Below are positions 8,404 to 16,680 of a DNA stretch of 32,000 bases, one piece after another. Each line of letters begins with the position of its first letter. Position 1 is the stretch's first letter. The notes under the pieces are model-generated. The model saw only the letters and a list, made by a program, of their open reading frames with translations. It was not told the DNA's origin and ran no database searches. Source of the DNA: Methanopyrus kandleri AV19 (GTDB taxonomy: Archaea > JAADCQ01 > Methanopyri > Methanopyrales > Methanopyraceae); assembly GCF_000007185.1 (NCBI RefSeq), contig NC_003551.1, positions 840,001 to 872,000 of the forward strand, in the 5' to 3' direction. A program made the position numbers and the translations under genes.

Positions 8404-11400
8404 ATGGCCGAGGCTCTCGGCGAGGAACTGGAGCGCGAAATTCAGCGGAGATGGGAAGAGATGGACCTACTTTCGAAGGTCCTAGAGAAGAACCGCGACG
8501 GACCTCTCTTCTACTTCCTCGACGGTCCACCTTACGCGAGCGGCTCGATTCACCTCGGTACAGCCTGGAACAAGATCATCAAGGACGCCGTGAACCGGTA
8601 CAAGCTGATGCGCGGATACCGGGTCCGACTGCAGCCCGGTTGGGACTGCCACGGTCTCCCGATCGAGGTGAAGGTCGAGCAGGAGGTCCTCTCGGACGAG
8701 ATCGAGTGCAAGAAGGACATCGAGGAGAAGGTCGGCGTCGACAAGTTCGTGGAAAAGTGCAAGGAATTCGCCCTGAAGCACGTAGAGATCATGACGGAGC
8801 AGTTCAAGCGTCTGGGCGTCCTGATGGACTGGGACAACCCGTACATGACCCTGGACAACGAGTACATCGAGGGAGCCTGGTACACGCTCAAGCGCGCCCA
8901 CGAGCGCGGTCTCCTCGACCGGGACGTGAGGATCGTCAACTGGTGCCCGCGGTGTGAGACCGCCCTGGCGGACCACGAGGTCGAGTACAAGGAGGTCGAG
9001 GACCCCTCGATCTTCGTGATCTTTCCGATCGAGGACGATTCCGACGCCGAGGTCGACTTACCCGAGAACTCAGCCCTGCTGATCTGGACGACCACCCCGT
9101 GGACGTTGCCCGCCAACCTAGCCGTCGCCGTGCACCCAGAGGAGGAGTACGTCCTCGCGCGCGCCGAGGTGGACGGCGAGGAGTGGCACCTGATCGTCGC
9201 TGACAAGCTCAAGGTCGTGCTGTCCGTCGTGACGGACTCGTACGAGATCGTGGACTCGTTTCCGGGAGAGGCGCTGGAGGGTCTCCGGTACCGCCCGCCG
9301 CTGTGGGAGGAGGTGCCCAAGCTGCGCGAGCTGCACGAGGAGGACGACCGTGTCCACCGCGTGTACACCGCCGAGTGGGTCACGATGGAGGAGGGTACCG
9401 GGTGCGTCCACTCGGCGCCCGGTCACGGTGAGGAGGACTTCGAGCTCGGCCGAGAGGTCGGCCTGCCTCCGCACTGCCCGGTGGCCGAGGACGGTACGTT
9501 CACAGAAGACGGCGGTAAGTACGAGGGACTCTATGTGCGCGACGCCAACGAGAAGATCGTCGAGGACCTACGTGAGAAGGGACTCCTCGCGCACGAGGAC
9601 ACCGTGGAGCACCGGTACGGTCACTGTTGGCGCTGTAAGACCCCGATCATCTACCGGGCTACCGAGCAGTGGTTCCTCAAAGTCACTGAGGTGAAGGACG
9701 AGATGCTCGAGTGGATAGAGCGGGTGGAGTGGATCCCGGAATGGGCGGGTCACTCCCGGTTCAAAAGCTGGGTCGAGAACGCCCGGGACTGGTGTATCTC
9801 GCGTCAGCGGTACTGGGGTATCCCGCTTCCGGTCTGGGAGTGCGAGGAGTGCGGTCATCTCGAGGTGATCGGCTCGCTGAGCGAGCTCGAGGCGAAGGCG
9901 GTCAGTCTCCCGCCCGGTGAACCCGACCTGCACAGGCCCTGGGTCGACGAGGTAGTCCTGAAGTGCCCGGAGTGCGGCTCCTACATGAGGCGCGTGCCGG
10001 ACGTGCTCGACGTCTGGGTAGACTCGGGAGTCGCCGCGTGGGCCTCGCTCGGGTACCCACGTCGCGAGGACGAGTTCGAGCGGTGGTTCCTCAAGGAGGG
10101 ACGCTGTGACCCCGACGATCCGGAGGCGGGCGCGGACTTCATCACCGAGGGTCACGACCAGACCCGCGGATGGTTCTACTCGCAGCTAGGTTGTGGCGTC
10201 GTCACCTTCGATACGTGCCCGTACAGGACCGTGCTCATGCACGGGTTCACGCTCGACGAGGAAGGTCGGAAGATGAGCAAGTCCCTGGGTAACGTCGTCG
10301 ACCCGATGGACGTCGTTGAGAAGTACGGTGCCGATACCCTACGCTGGTACGTCCTGCGCTCCAACGCACCCTGGCGGGATATGCACTTCAGCTGGCAGGA
10401 CGTGCGCGACACCCACCGGGCGCTCAACGTCCTGTGGAACGCGTACCGGTTCACGAAGATGTACTCGGAACTGGACGAGTTCGACCCCGAGGAACACCCG
10501 CTGGAGGATCTGGAGGAGCACCTCAAGCCAGAGGATCGGTGGCTGCTCTCCCGGATCAACTCGCTGGTGGAGGAGGTCACCGACGCGTTCGAGCGGTACC
10601 ACGTCCATGAGGCGGCCCGCGCGCTGTACCGCTTCGTCACGGAGGACCTCAGCCGGTGGTACATCCGGCTGGTCAGGGAGCGCGTATGGCTGGAGGGTGA
10701 CGATCCCGAGAAACTCGCGGTCTACGCGGTGCTGCACTACACGTTCGATCGGCTGGTCAGACTTCTGGCGCCGATCGTGCCACACGTCGCCGAGCGGATA
10801 TACCTGGATTACGTCCGCGCGGGCGACGATCCAGAGAGCGTTCACCTCACGGACTGGCCCGAAGTAGACGACCGATGGGTCGACGAGGGACTGGAAAAGG
10901 CCATGGAGCTCGTCCGGAAGGCCGCGGAGGCCGCCCTCTCGGTCCGGCAGCGTGCCGGGGTCAAGACACGCTGGCCACTACGTCGCCTGTTCGTGGAGGT
11001 CGAGGATCCGAAGCGGCTAGAGGACCTCAAGGACGTGCTGGCCCGCGTCGCGAACGTCAAGGAGGTCGAGCTCGGGGAGGAGTTCCCGGAGAAGGTACCC
11101 GTGGCCGAGCCGAGGCCCGATAAGATCGGTCCCGAGTTCCGATCGCTGGCGGGCCGCGTGATCGAGCACGTCAAGGACCGCGCGGAGGAGGTGGCGCGGT
11201 CGATCCTGAAGGACGGGGAGTACAGGACCGAGCTGGACGGCGAGGATGTCGTCCTGACGGAGGAGCACGTTAAGGTGACCGAGGACCTGCCCGAGGGCTG
11301 GGAGGCCGAGGAGTTCGAGGGCGGCCGGGTGTACGTCTTCGTCGAGCTGGACGAGGAGTTGAAGTCCGAGGCGTGGGCCAGGGAGGTCGTTCGTCGCGTC

Positions 11401-11631
11401 CAGGAGATGAGGAAAGAGCTGGACTTGAACCTGGAGGAGAGGATCAGGGTGTGGATCGAAACGGACGAAGAGATCGCGGAGGCCGTGGAAGAGCACTCGG
11501 AATACGTACGTGGTGAGACGCGGGCGGACGAGCTCCACGTGAACGAGGGTTGGCCCGAAGAAGTCGATCTGGAGCGCGAGTGGGAGGTGGAGGACAGGAC
11601 GATCCGCATCGCCGTGGTCGTTTCGGGGTGA
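8404..11631 (+). CDS. ileS: Isoleucyl-tRNA synthetase
   Basis: HIGH-type motif PYASGSIHLGTAWNK and KMSKS motif KMSKSLGN. Zinc-binding CPRC and CWRC pairs and a class Ia editing insertion are present. The start is ATG 8404 (MAEALGEELEREIQRRWEEMDLL). The track ORF from 8224 is an overlong extension running antisense over the cofG 5' end. Confidence 0.95.
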   Translation: MAEALGEELEREIQRRWEEMDLLSKVLEKNRDGPLFYFLDGPPYASGSIHLGTAWNKIIKDAVNRYKLMRGYRVRLQPGWDCHGLPIEVKVEQEVLSDEIECKKDIEEKVGVDKFVEKCKEFALKHVEIMTEQFKRLGVLMDWDNPYMTLDNEYIEGAWYTLKRAHERGLLDRDVRIVNWCPRCETALADHEVEYKEVEDPSIFVIFPIEDDSDAEVDLPENSALLIWTTTPWTLPANLAVAVHPEEEYVLARAEVDGEEWHLIVADKLKVVLSVVTDSYEIVDSFPGEALEGLRYRPPLWEEVPKLRELHEEDDRVHRVYTAEWVTMEEGTGCVHSAPGHGEEDFELGREVGLPPHCPVAEDGTFTEDGGKYEGLYVRDANEKIVEDLREKGLLAHEDTVEHRYGHCWRCKTPIIYRATEQWFLKVTEVKDEMLEWIERVEWIPEWAGHSRFKSWVENARDWCISRQRYWGIPLPVWECEECGHLEVIGSLSELEAKAVSLPPGEPDLHRPWVDEVVLKCPECGSYMRRVPDVLDVWVDSGVAAWASLGYPRREDEFERWFLKEGRCDPDDPEAGADFITEGHDQTRGWFYSQLGCGVVTFDTCPYRTVLMHGFTLDEEGRKMSKSLGNVVDPMDVVEKYGADTLRWYVLRSNAPWRDMHFSWQDVRDTHRALNVLWNAYRFTKMYSELDEFDPEEHPLEDLEEHLKPEDRWLLSRINSLVEEVTDAFERYHVHEAARALYRFVTEDLSRWYIRLVRERVWLEGDDPEKLAVYAVLHYTFDRLVRLLAPIVPHVAERIYLDYVRAGDDPESVHLTDWPEVDDRWVDEGLEKAMELVRKAAEAALSVRQRAGVKTRWPLRRLFVEVEDPKRLEDLKDVLARVANVKEVELGEEFPEKVPVAEPRPDKIGPEFRSLAGRVIEHVKDRAEEVARSILKDGEYRTELDGEDVVLTEEHVKVTEDLPEGWEAEEFEGGRVYVFVELDEELKSEAWAREVVRRVQEMRKELDLNLEERIRVWIETDEEIAEAVEEHSEYVRGETRADELHVNEGWPEEVDLEREWEVEDRTIRIAVVVSG

Positions 11632-11636
11632 AGTGG

Positions 11637-14384
11637 ATGAAGGTCGACCCCTCGGAGTTCGAGCTGGAGTTCTTCGAGGAGATCGGGTTCGAGCGTAAGC
11701 GCTGTCCCGAGTGCGGCGAGTACTTCTGGGGACCGCCGGAGGCCGAGGTGTGTAACGAGACCCCGTGCGTCGAGTACTCCTTCATCGGCGACCCACCGGC
11801 GTCCGTGAAACTGGACGTATGGGAGGCCGGAGAGGAGTTCTTCCGGTTCTTCGAACGGCACGATCACGAGGTCCTCGACCGCTACCCCGTCGTCGCCAGG
11901 TGGCGGGACGATATCCACCTGACTATCGCCTCGATAGCCTGCTTCCAACCTTGGGTGACCTCGGGGGAAGTTCCTCCACCCGCCAACCCTCTAGTGATCA
12001 ACCAGCCCTGTATACGGCTCAACGACATCGACAACGTGGGTAGGACCGGGCGGCACTTCACGCTCTTCCACATGGGAGGCCACCACGCCTTCAACAACCA
12101 CCCTCACGACCGGAGGGACATCTACTGGAAGGAGGAAACCGTGCGCCTGTGCTACGAGTTCACCGTGGAAAAGCTCGGAATCCCCGAAGAGAAGATCGCG
12201 TTCAAGGAGTCGTGGTGGGAGGGCGGCGGTAACGCGGGCCCGTGCTTCGAGGTGGTGGTCGACGGACTCGAGCTCGCGACGCTGGTGTTCATGCAGTACG
12301 AACAGGTGGGAGGGGAGTACAGGGAGCTCCCTCAGAAGATCGTCGACACCGGGTACGGTATCGAGCGGTACGCGTGGATAACGACCGGCGAACCCACGGC
12401 GTACGACGCGGTCTTCGGAGACCTCGTGGACGCCACGGCCCGCGACCTCGGTGTGGAGATCGACGGGGAGGCCCGTGAGATCCTCGGTGAGCTGGCCAGG
12501 GTCGCCGGTCTGATGGACGTCGAGACGGAGTCCGATCTGCGGGTCCTGCGGAATCGCGTGGCCCGGAGACTGGACCTTGACGTGAACGAGCTGGTGCGGG
12601 TCGCCGAGCCGGTCGAGTTCGTGTACGGGATCCTGGACCACGCCAGATGCCTCGCGTTCATGCTCGGCGACGGTGTCGTCCCGTCCAACGCCGGCGAGGG
12701 CTACCTGGCTCGGCTCGTGATCCGGAGGGCGCTTCGCCTGCTGGACGGTCTGGACGCCGAGCGTGAGTACCTGCTGGAGGTAGTCGAGAGGGTCCTCGAA
12801 GACCTTCGCGGCACGTACCCGGAGCTCGCGGAGCGTGAGGAGTACATCCAAGATGCCTTGGAGTGTGAGATCGACCGCTACACTCGGGCGTTGAAGCGCG
12901 GAAAGAAGGAGGTCAGGAAGCGCCTCGAGGAGAAGGGTGAACTGTCTTTCGAAGACCTCGTCGAGCTTTACGACTCCCATGGGATTCCACCCGAGGTGGC
13001 GCGCGAGATAGCCGAGGACGAGGGCGTCGAGGTCGAAGTACCGGACGACTTCTATTCACGTGTGGCCGAGCGACACGAGGGGCCCGAAGAGGTCGAGGAG
13101 GGCCTTGAAGAACTGGAGCGGATCGCGGTGGAAGAGGAACTGCCGGAGACGGAGCTCGCCTTCTACGACGACGAGAAGCGACTCGAGTTCAAGGCGGAGG
13201 TGATCGGTACTTACGAGGTGAACGGCGATGCCTGGGTCGTCTTGGACCGCACGTACTTCTACCCGGAGGGAGGCGGTCAGGAGGCAGATCGCGGTACGAT
13301 GCGCTGGAAGGATGGGGAGGCCGAGGTTAAGGACGTCCAGAAGGTGCGTGGAGTGGTCTTCCACCGAATCGACGGGGACGTACCGCCCGAGGGTGCCGAG
13401 GTCGAGTGCGAGGTGGACGGCGAGCGCAGGATGCGCCTGACCAGAAACCACACGGCGACCCACGTGATCCTCGAGGCCGCCCGACGCGTCCTCGGCGATC
13501 ACGTCTGGCAGGCCGGCGCCCATAAGTCCACGGACGAGGCGCGTCTCGACGTAACTCACCACCGGCGGATCTCCGACGAGGAGCTCCGGGAGATCGAGCG
13601 TCTTGCCAACGAGATCGTGATGAAGGATTTACCCGTCAACAAGCGGTTCATGGACCGGAACGAGGCGGAACGTCGGTACGGGTTCGAGCTGTACCAGGGC
13701 GGTGTGGTCCCGGGACGCGAGATCCGGGTGGTGGAGATCGAAGGATGGAACGTACAGGCGTGCGCGGGTACACACTGCGACAGTACCGGTGAGATCGGTC
13801 CGATAAAGATCGTGGGTCGGGAACGCATCCAGGACGGTGTGGAGAGGATCAGGTTCGCCGCCGGTGAGGCGGCCCTGGAACGCATTTGGGAGACCGAGGA
13901 CCTGTTGCGCGAGACGTGCGAGGTACTCCGGGTGAACCCGGAGAACCTTCCCAAGACCGTGAAGAGGTTCTTCGAGGAGTGGAAGGAGCAGAGGAAGCGG
14001 ATCGAGCGCTTGGAGAGGGAGCTGGTGGAGGCGAAACTACGTGCGGCGCCGGCGGAGGGTCGCCGGGTCGGCGATTTCACAGTCACACTCGTGGAGCTGG
14101 AGGACGTCGAGGTCGGCTCCGTGGCCGGTACTGTCGAAGAACTCGTCAAGGAGCACGAGAACCTGGTCTTGGTGGCGAAAATAGTATCCAACGGATCCTG
14201 TCAAGTCGTCGTGGGTTCGGGCGAATCGGCACCGCCGGCCGGCGAGCTAATGCGTGAAATAGGGAAGTTGATCGAAGGTGGTGGCGGTGGAGACGAGCGA
14301 CTGGCTCAGGGTGGTGGACGGAACCCCGACGGGTTAACCGAAGATCGGCTGGTGGAGATCGTTGAGGATCTCGCCGGGGGATGA
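11637..14384 (+). CDS. alaS: Alanyl-tRNA synthetase (archaeal type)
   Basis: The archaeal AlaRS N-terminus MKVDPSEFELEFFEEIGFERKRCPECGEYFWG is present. Editing-domain motifs are TRNHTATHV and CAGTHC. ATG 11637 lies 5 nt after the ileS stop at 11629-11631. Confidence 0.95.
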   Translation: MKVDPSEFELEFFEEIGFERKRCPECGEYFWGPPEAEVCNETPCVEYSFIGDPPASVKLDVWEAGEEFFRFFERHDHEVLDRYPVVARWRDDIHLTIASIACFQPWVTSGEVPPPANPLVINQPCIRLNDIDNVGRTGRHFTLFHMGGHHAFNNHPHDRRDIYWKEETVRLCYEFTVEKLGIPEEKIAFKESWWEGGGNAGPCFEVVVDGLELATLVFMQYEQVGGEYRELPQKIVDTGYGIERYAWITTGEPTAYDAVFGDLVDATARDLGVEIDGEAREILGELARVAGLMDVETESDLRVLRNRVARRLDLDVNELVRVAEPVEFVYGILDHARCLAFMLGDGVVPSNAGEGYLARLVIRRALRLLDGLDAEREYLLEVVERVLEDLRGTYPELAEREEYIQDALECEIDRYTRALKRGKKEVRKRLEEKGELSFEDLVELYDSHGIPPEVAREIAEDEGVEVEVPDDFYSRVAERHEGPEEVEEGLEELERIAVEEELPETELAFYDDEKRLEFKAEVIGTYEVNGDAWVVLDRTYFYPEGGGQEADRGTMRWKDGEAEVKDVQKVRGVVFHRIDGDVPPEGAEVECEVDGERRMRLTRNHTATHVILEAARRVLGDHVWQAGAHKSTDEARLDVTHHRRISDEELREIERLANEIVMKDLPVNKRFMDRNEAERRYGFELYQGGVVPGREIRVVEIEGWNVQACAGTHCDSTGEIGPIKIVGRERIQDGVERIRFAAGEAALERIWETEDLLRETCEVLRVNPENLPKTVKRFFEEWKEQRKRIERLERELVEAKLRAAPAEGRRVGDFTVTLVELEDVEVGSVAGTVEELVKEHENLVLVAKIVSNGSCQVVVGSGESAPPAGELMREIGKLIEGGGGGDERLAQGGGRNPDGLTEDRLVEIVEDLAGG

Positions 14385-14414
14385 AGAACACCCCCGGCAC
14401 CGAGGACGACCGGT

Positions 14415-14447
14415 GAGGAGGGTGGTCCTTACGTCCTGACCCTCCTC
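14415..14447 (+). terminator. GC-rich hairpin about 30 nt downstream of the alaS stop; possible 3'-end or stability element
   Basis: A perfect 9-bp stem pairs GAGGAGGGT (14415-14423) with ACCCTCCTC (14439-14447), with a 15-nt loop. No oligo-T tract follows it, so its function is uncertain. Confidence 0.3.
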
Positions 14448-14655
14448 CCCCACGAAACACGCCGTTCTGACGCCTGATGATCTTCCGCCGCACCTCGCTC
14501 CTCGCTCCGCTCTTATTTGTGCGAATGTTGTTGCGGACTCGACCGGTGACAGAGCCGGCACGGAGGTTTGAGTTAAAAGGATACTATACTGTTTCCTAAA
14601 TTACGCTTCCGTTTACCGTGCAGCCTCCGGGTGGAGGTGCGGGTGGGAGTGTCAG

Positions 14656-14672
14656 ATCTCTAGTCGCACAAA
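14656..14672. repeat. Copy 1 of a 17-nt direct repeat, ATCT-NN-AGTCGCACAAA
   Basis: ATCTCTAGTCGCACAAA. It is 15/17 identical to copy 2, which lies 53 nt downstream. A partial inverted copy TTTGTGCGA sits at 14516-14524. Confidence 0.6.
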
Positions 14673-14708
14673 ATTCGCCGAGCCGCGGAAGGCTTCCAAG
14701 TGTCCGAA

Positions 14709-14725
14709 ATCTTCAGTCGCACAAA
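14709..14725. repeat. Copy 2 of the 17-nt direct repeat
   Basis: ATCTTCAGTCGCACAAA, with an identical 11-mer core AGTCGCACAAA at 14715-14725. Confidence 0.6.
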
Positions 14726-14757
14726 TATCGACGTATGGGTCGCGAGGGGAGGGGCGG

Positions 14758-16629
14758 TCAAAGCTCGTGACGCAGGCGCTCCTTATGCTCTTGCTTTTTA
14801 CCGTCCACGAACGAATCCACTGGCGCCAGGTACCCGGTCACCCTCGACCATATTGTGCACCTGCGGCCGCACTCCGGACACTGCTCGACCACTCCCTCGT
14901 AGGTACGCTGGCACCGGTCGCACACGCTGTAATCCCTGGTGATCGCGAGGAACCCTATCGTGTTCCGACGGAGCACGCGCACGGTCAGCTTCATGAGGCT
15001 TCTCGGGTCCGTCCGCTCCCCGAGCCAGAAGTGGGTGATGTGGCCTCCCAAGGTCATGGGGTGGAACTTCGCCTCGATCTCGGCCCGCTCGACGACGTTC
15101 ACGTCCTCGTCGTACGGCACATGGCACGAGTTCGTGAGGTAGGGACGGTGCTCCGTACCGCGTACCTTCGCGTCCGGGTACTTCTCCAGGTACTTCCTGG
15201 CAAGGCGTTCGGCGGCCGATTCGGCCGGTGACTGCACGACCGACCACCTGCGTCCATCCCGCTCGTGGAACTCTTCTCGCACGTCGTTCAGTTCCTCCAG
15301 CACCCGCTCGGCCAGACGCATCGCCGAGGGATCCTCCCAGAAGCCGTATCCCGTGAGGACCTCGATCGCCTCGGCCAGCCCGACGAACCCGAGGCTCCAC
15401 GTCGTGTGCTCGTACCGGAAGTAGTACTCCCCGTCCGGCTTCCAACGCTGACACCCGTCGTACAGTCCCGCCTCCAGGCACTTCTTGACGCATCTCCACC
15501 GCGCCAGGAGAGCCTCCCTGGCCACCTCGCAGTACTCACGAATCTTCTCCAGGAATTCGTCCTCATCACGTGATTCGTGGGCGAGGAGAGGTAAGTTCAG
15601 CGTGACGTACTCGAAGTTGCCGGTGCGGATGGTGTCGATTTCCCAGTCTCCGGTCCAGTTGGTGGCGAGGCACGTCCTACATCCCATGTAGTTCACGTTG
15701 TCGCCCACGAGCTTGCGCCAGTCCCGATTAAGCATGTTGGCGAAGTACACGGCCCCGTTCTCGGCCGCGACTTCGAAGGCGAGCTCCAGAGTCTCCTTGT
15801 CATAGCCGGGTCGGACTTTCACGATTATCTGCGGGAACTTGAGCGGAGCCCCCGCGGCGTCACCCTCCAGCTGCACGTCCAGGAGGGCTCGAGCGAACAT
15901 GATGGCTTCTTCCTCGAAGTCGCCGTAGGTACCCACGATCTCCCCGCCAGGACCGACGGCGGGCTCGTCCTCTAGGAAGTCCGGACACGTGAGCTCGAGG
16001 TTCACGTTCGTGAAGGCGGGCTGCCCTCCTCGAGCCACTAGGTCCTGAGTGGCCTCGAACATCATGATCTGGGCGAGCTGCCGTATCTCCTCGTAAGACA
16101 GTCCCTCCTCGGCTATATAAGGGGCTACTAGGAAGTTAACGAAGTCCTGACCTTGGCCGCCCGCGAAGAAGTTCTGCGAGGTCATCAGCCACTTCAGGAT
16201 GTGTAACACGGCCACCTCCGCGTGCTTGGCGGGCTTGCTCACGCAGGTCAGCCGACCGATCGGGTTCCGAGCGTACAGCCCGTACTTCAGCACCCACCGG
16301 CAGTCGTGCTGGCAGCAGTTCGACCTGGTCAACGCGTAGTCGAGGTCGTGGATGTGGATGTACCCCTCTAGGTGCGCCCGTGCCGTCTTACCGTCCAGCA
16401 CGTGCTTAAGGAAGTGGCGTTTTTGCCATCGGTCTTGGAAGATCTTTGAGATGACCTCCGGAGTCGGTAGCATGTTGGCGTTGCGGGCGACCCGGAGGGG
16501 TTCCTCAAGAACCTCCTCGGGGATCCCGGTCAACCCCTCCCCCCGTAACGGGGGCTGGGACCCTCCTGTAAGCTCCCTTCGCCCACAAGCGGACGTAGGC
16601 GCGACGTAGACGGGGGGTATTGAGCACAC
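14758..16629 (-). CDS. nrdD: Anaerobic ribonucleoside-triphosphate reductase (class III, NrdD)
   Basis: GYIHIHDLDY motif. C-terminal zinc ribbon CDRCQRTYEGVVEQCPECG, followed by the glycyl-radical loop SRVTGYLAPV. The start at 16629 is GTG, so the exact start is uncertain. Confidence 0.9.
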   Translation of the reverse strand: MCSIPPVYVAPTSACGRRELTGGSQPPLRGEGLTGIPEEVLEEPLRVARNANMLPTPEVISKIFQDRWQKRHFLKHVLDGKTARAHLEGYIHIHDLDYALTRSNCCQHDCRWVLKYGLYARNPIGRLTCVSKPAKHAEVAVLHILKWLMTSQNFFAGGQGQDFVNFLVAPYIAEEGLSYEEIRQLAQIMMFEATQDLVARGGQPAFTNVNLELTCPDFLEDEPAVGPGGEIVGTYGDFEEEAIMFARALLDVQLEGDAAGAPLKFPQIIVKVRPGYDKETLELAFEVAAENGAVYFANMLNRDWRKLVGDNVNYMGCRTCLATNWTGDWEIDTIRTGNFEYVTLNLPLLAHESRDEDEFLEKIREYCEVAREALLARWRCVKKCLEAGLYDGCQRWKPDGEYYFRYEHTTWSLGFVGLAEAIEVLTGYGFWEDPSAMRLAERVLEELNDVREEFHERDGRRWSVVQSPAESAAERLARKYLEKYPDAKVRGTEHRPYLTNSCHVPYDEDVNVVERAEIEAKFHPMTLGGHITHFWLGERTDPRSLMKLTVRVLRRNTIGFLAITRDYSVCDRCQRTYEGVVEQCPECGRRCTIWSRVTGYLAPVDSFVDGKKQEHKERLRHEL

Positions 16630-16680
16630 GGGCGAATTGAGCCGTACAGGTTTTTTCGTTAAGAAAAACGAGGGTCGAGG

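Noticed and set aside
10842-11948. Long antisense ORFs, for example the 368-aa minus-strand ORF here, and also 8550-9383 (-), 13556-14191 (-), 367-873 (+), 1473-2222 (+) and 7696-8160 (+)
   Set aside because: These S/T/R-rich, low-complexity translations lie opposite strongly supported genes (ileS, alaS, glmU, glmM, cofG). They are the typical shadow ORFs of high-GC DNA.
14474-14480. A C-box-like CUGAUGA in the alaS/nrdD spacer, and another on the minus strand at 28535-28541
   Set aside because: No D', C' or D box lies at the required ~12-nt spacings on either strand, so these are not C/D-box sRNAs.
14656-14725. The AGTCGCACAAA repeats considered as a mini-CRISPR array
   Set aside because: There are only two direct copies of 11-17 nt, far shorter than CRISPR repeats, and no cas genes are nearby.
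14700-14942. An 80-aa plus-strand ORF at the nrdD 3' end
   Set aside because: Most of it is antisense to the well-supported nrdD C-terminus, and its composition is R/P/A-rich shadow-like.
16651-16670. TTTTTTCGTTAAGAAAAACG between the 540-aa gene and nrdD, considered as a terminator hairpin
   Set aside because: It is a mirror repeat rather than an inverted repeat, so no stem can form. It is better explained as an oligo-T terminator (minus-strand T5) followed by an A/T-rich promoter element for nrdD. I did not list it as a feature because support is weak.
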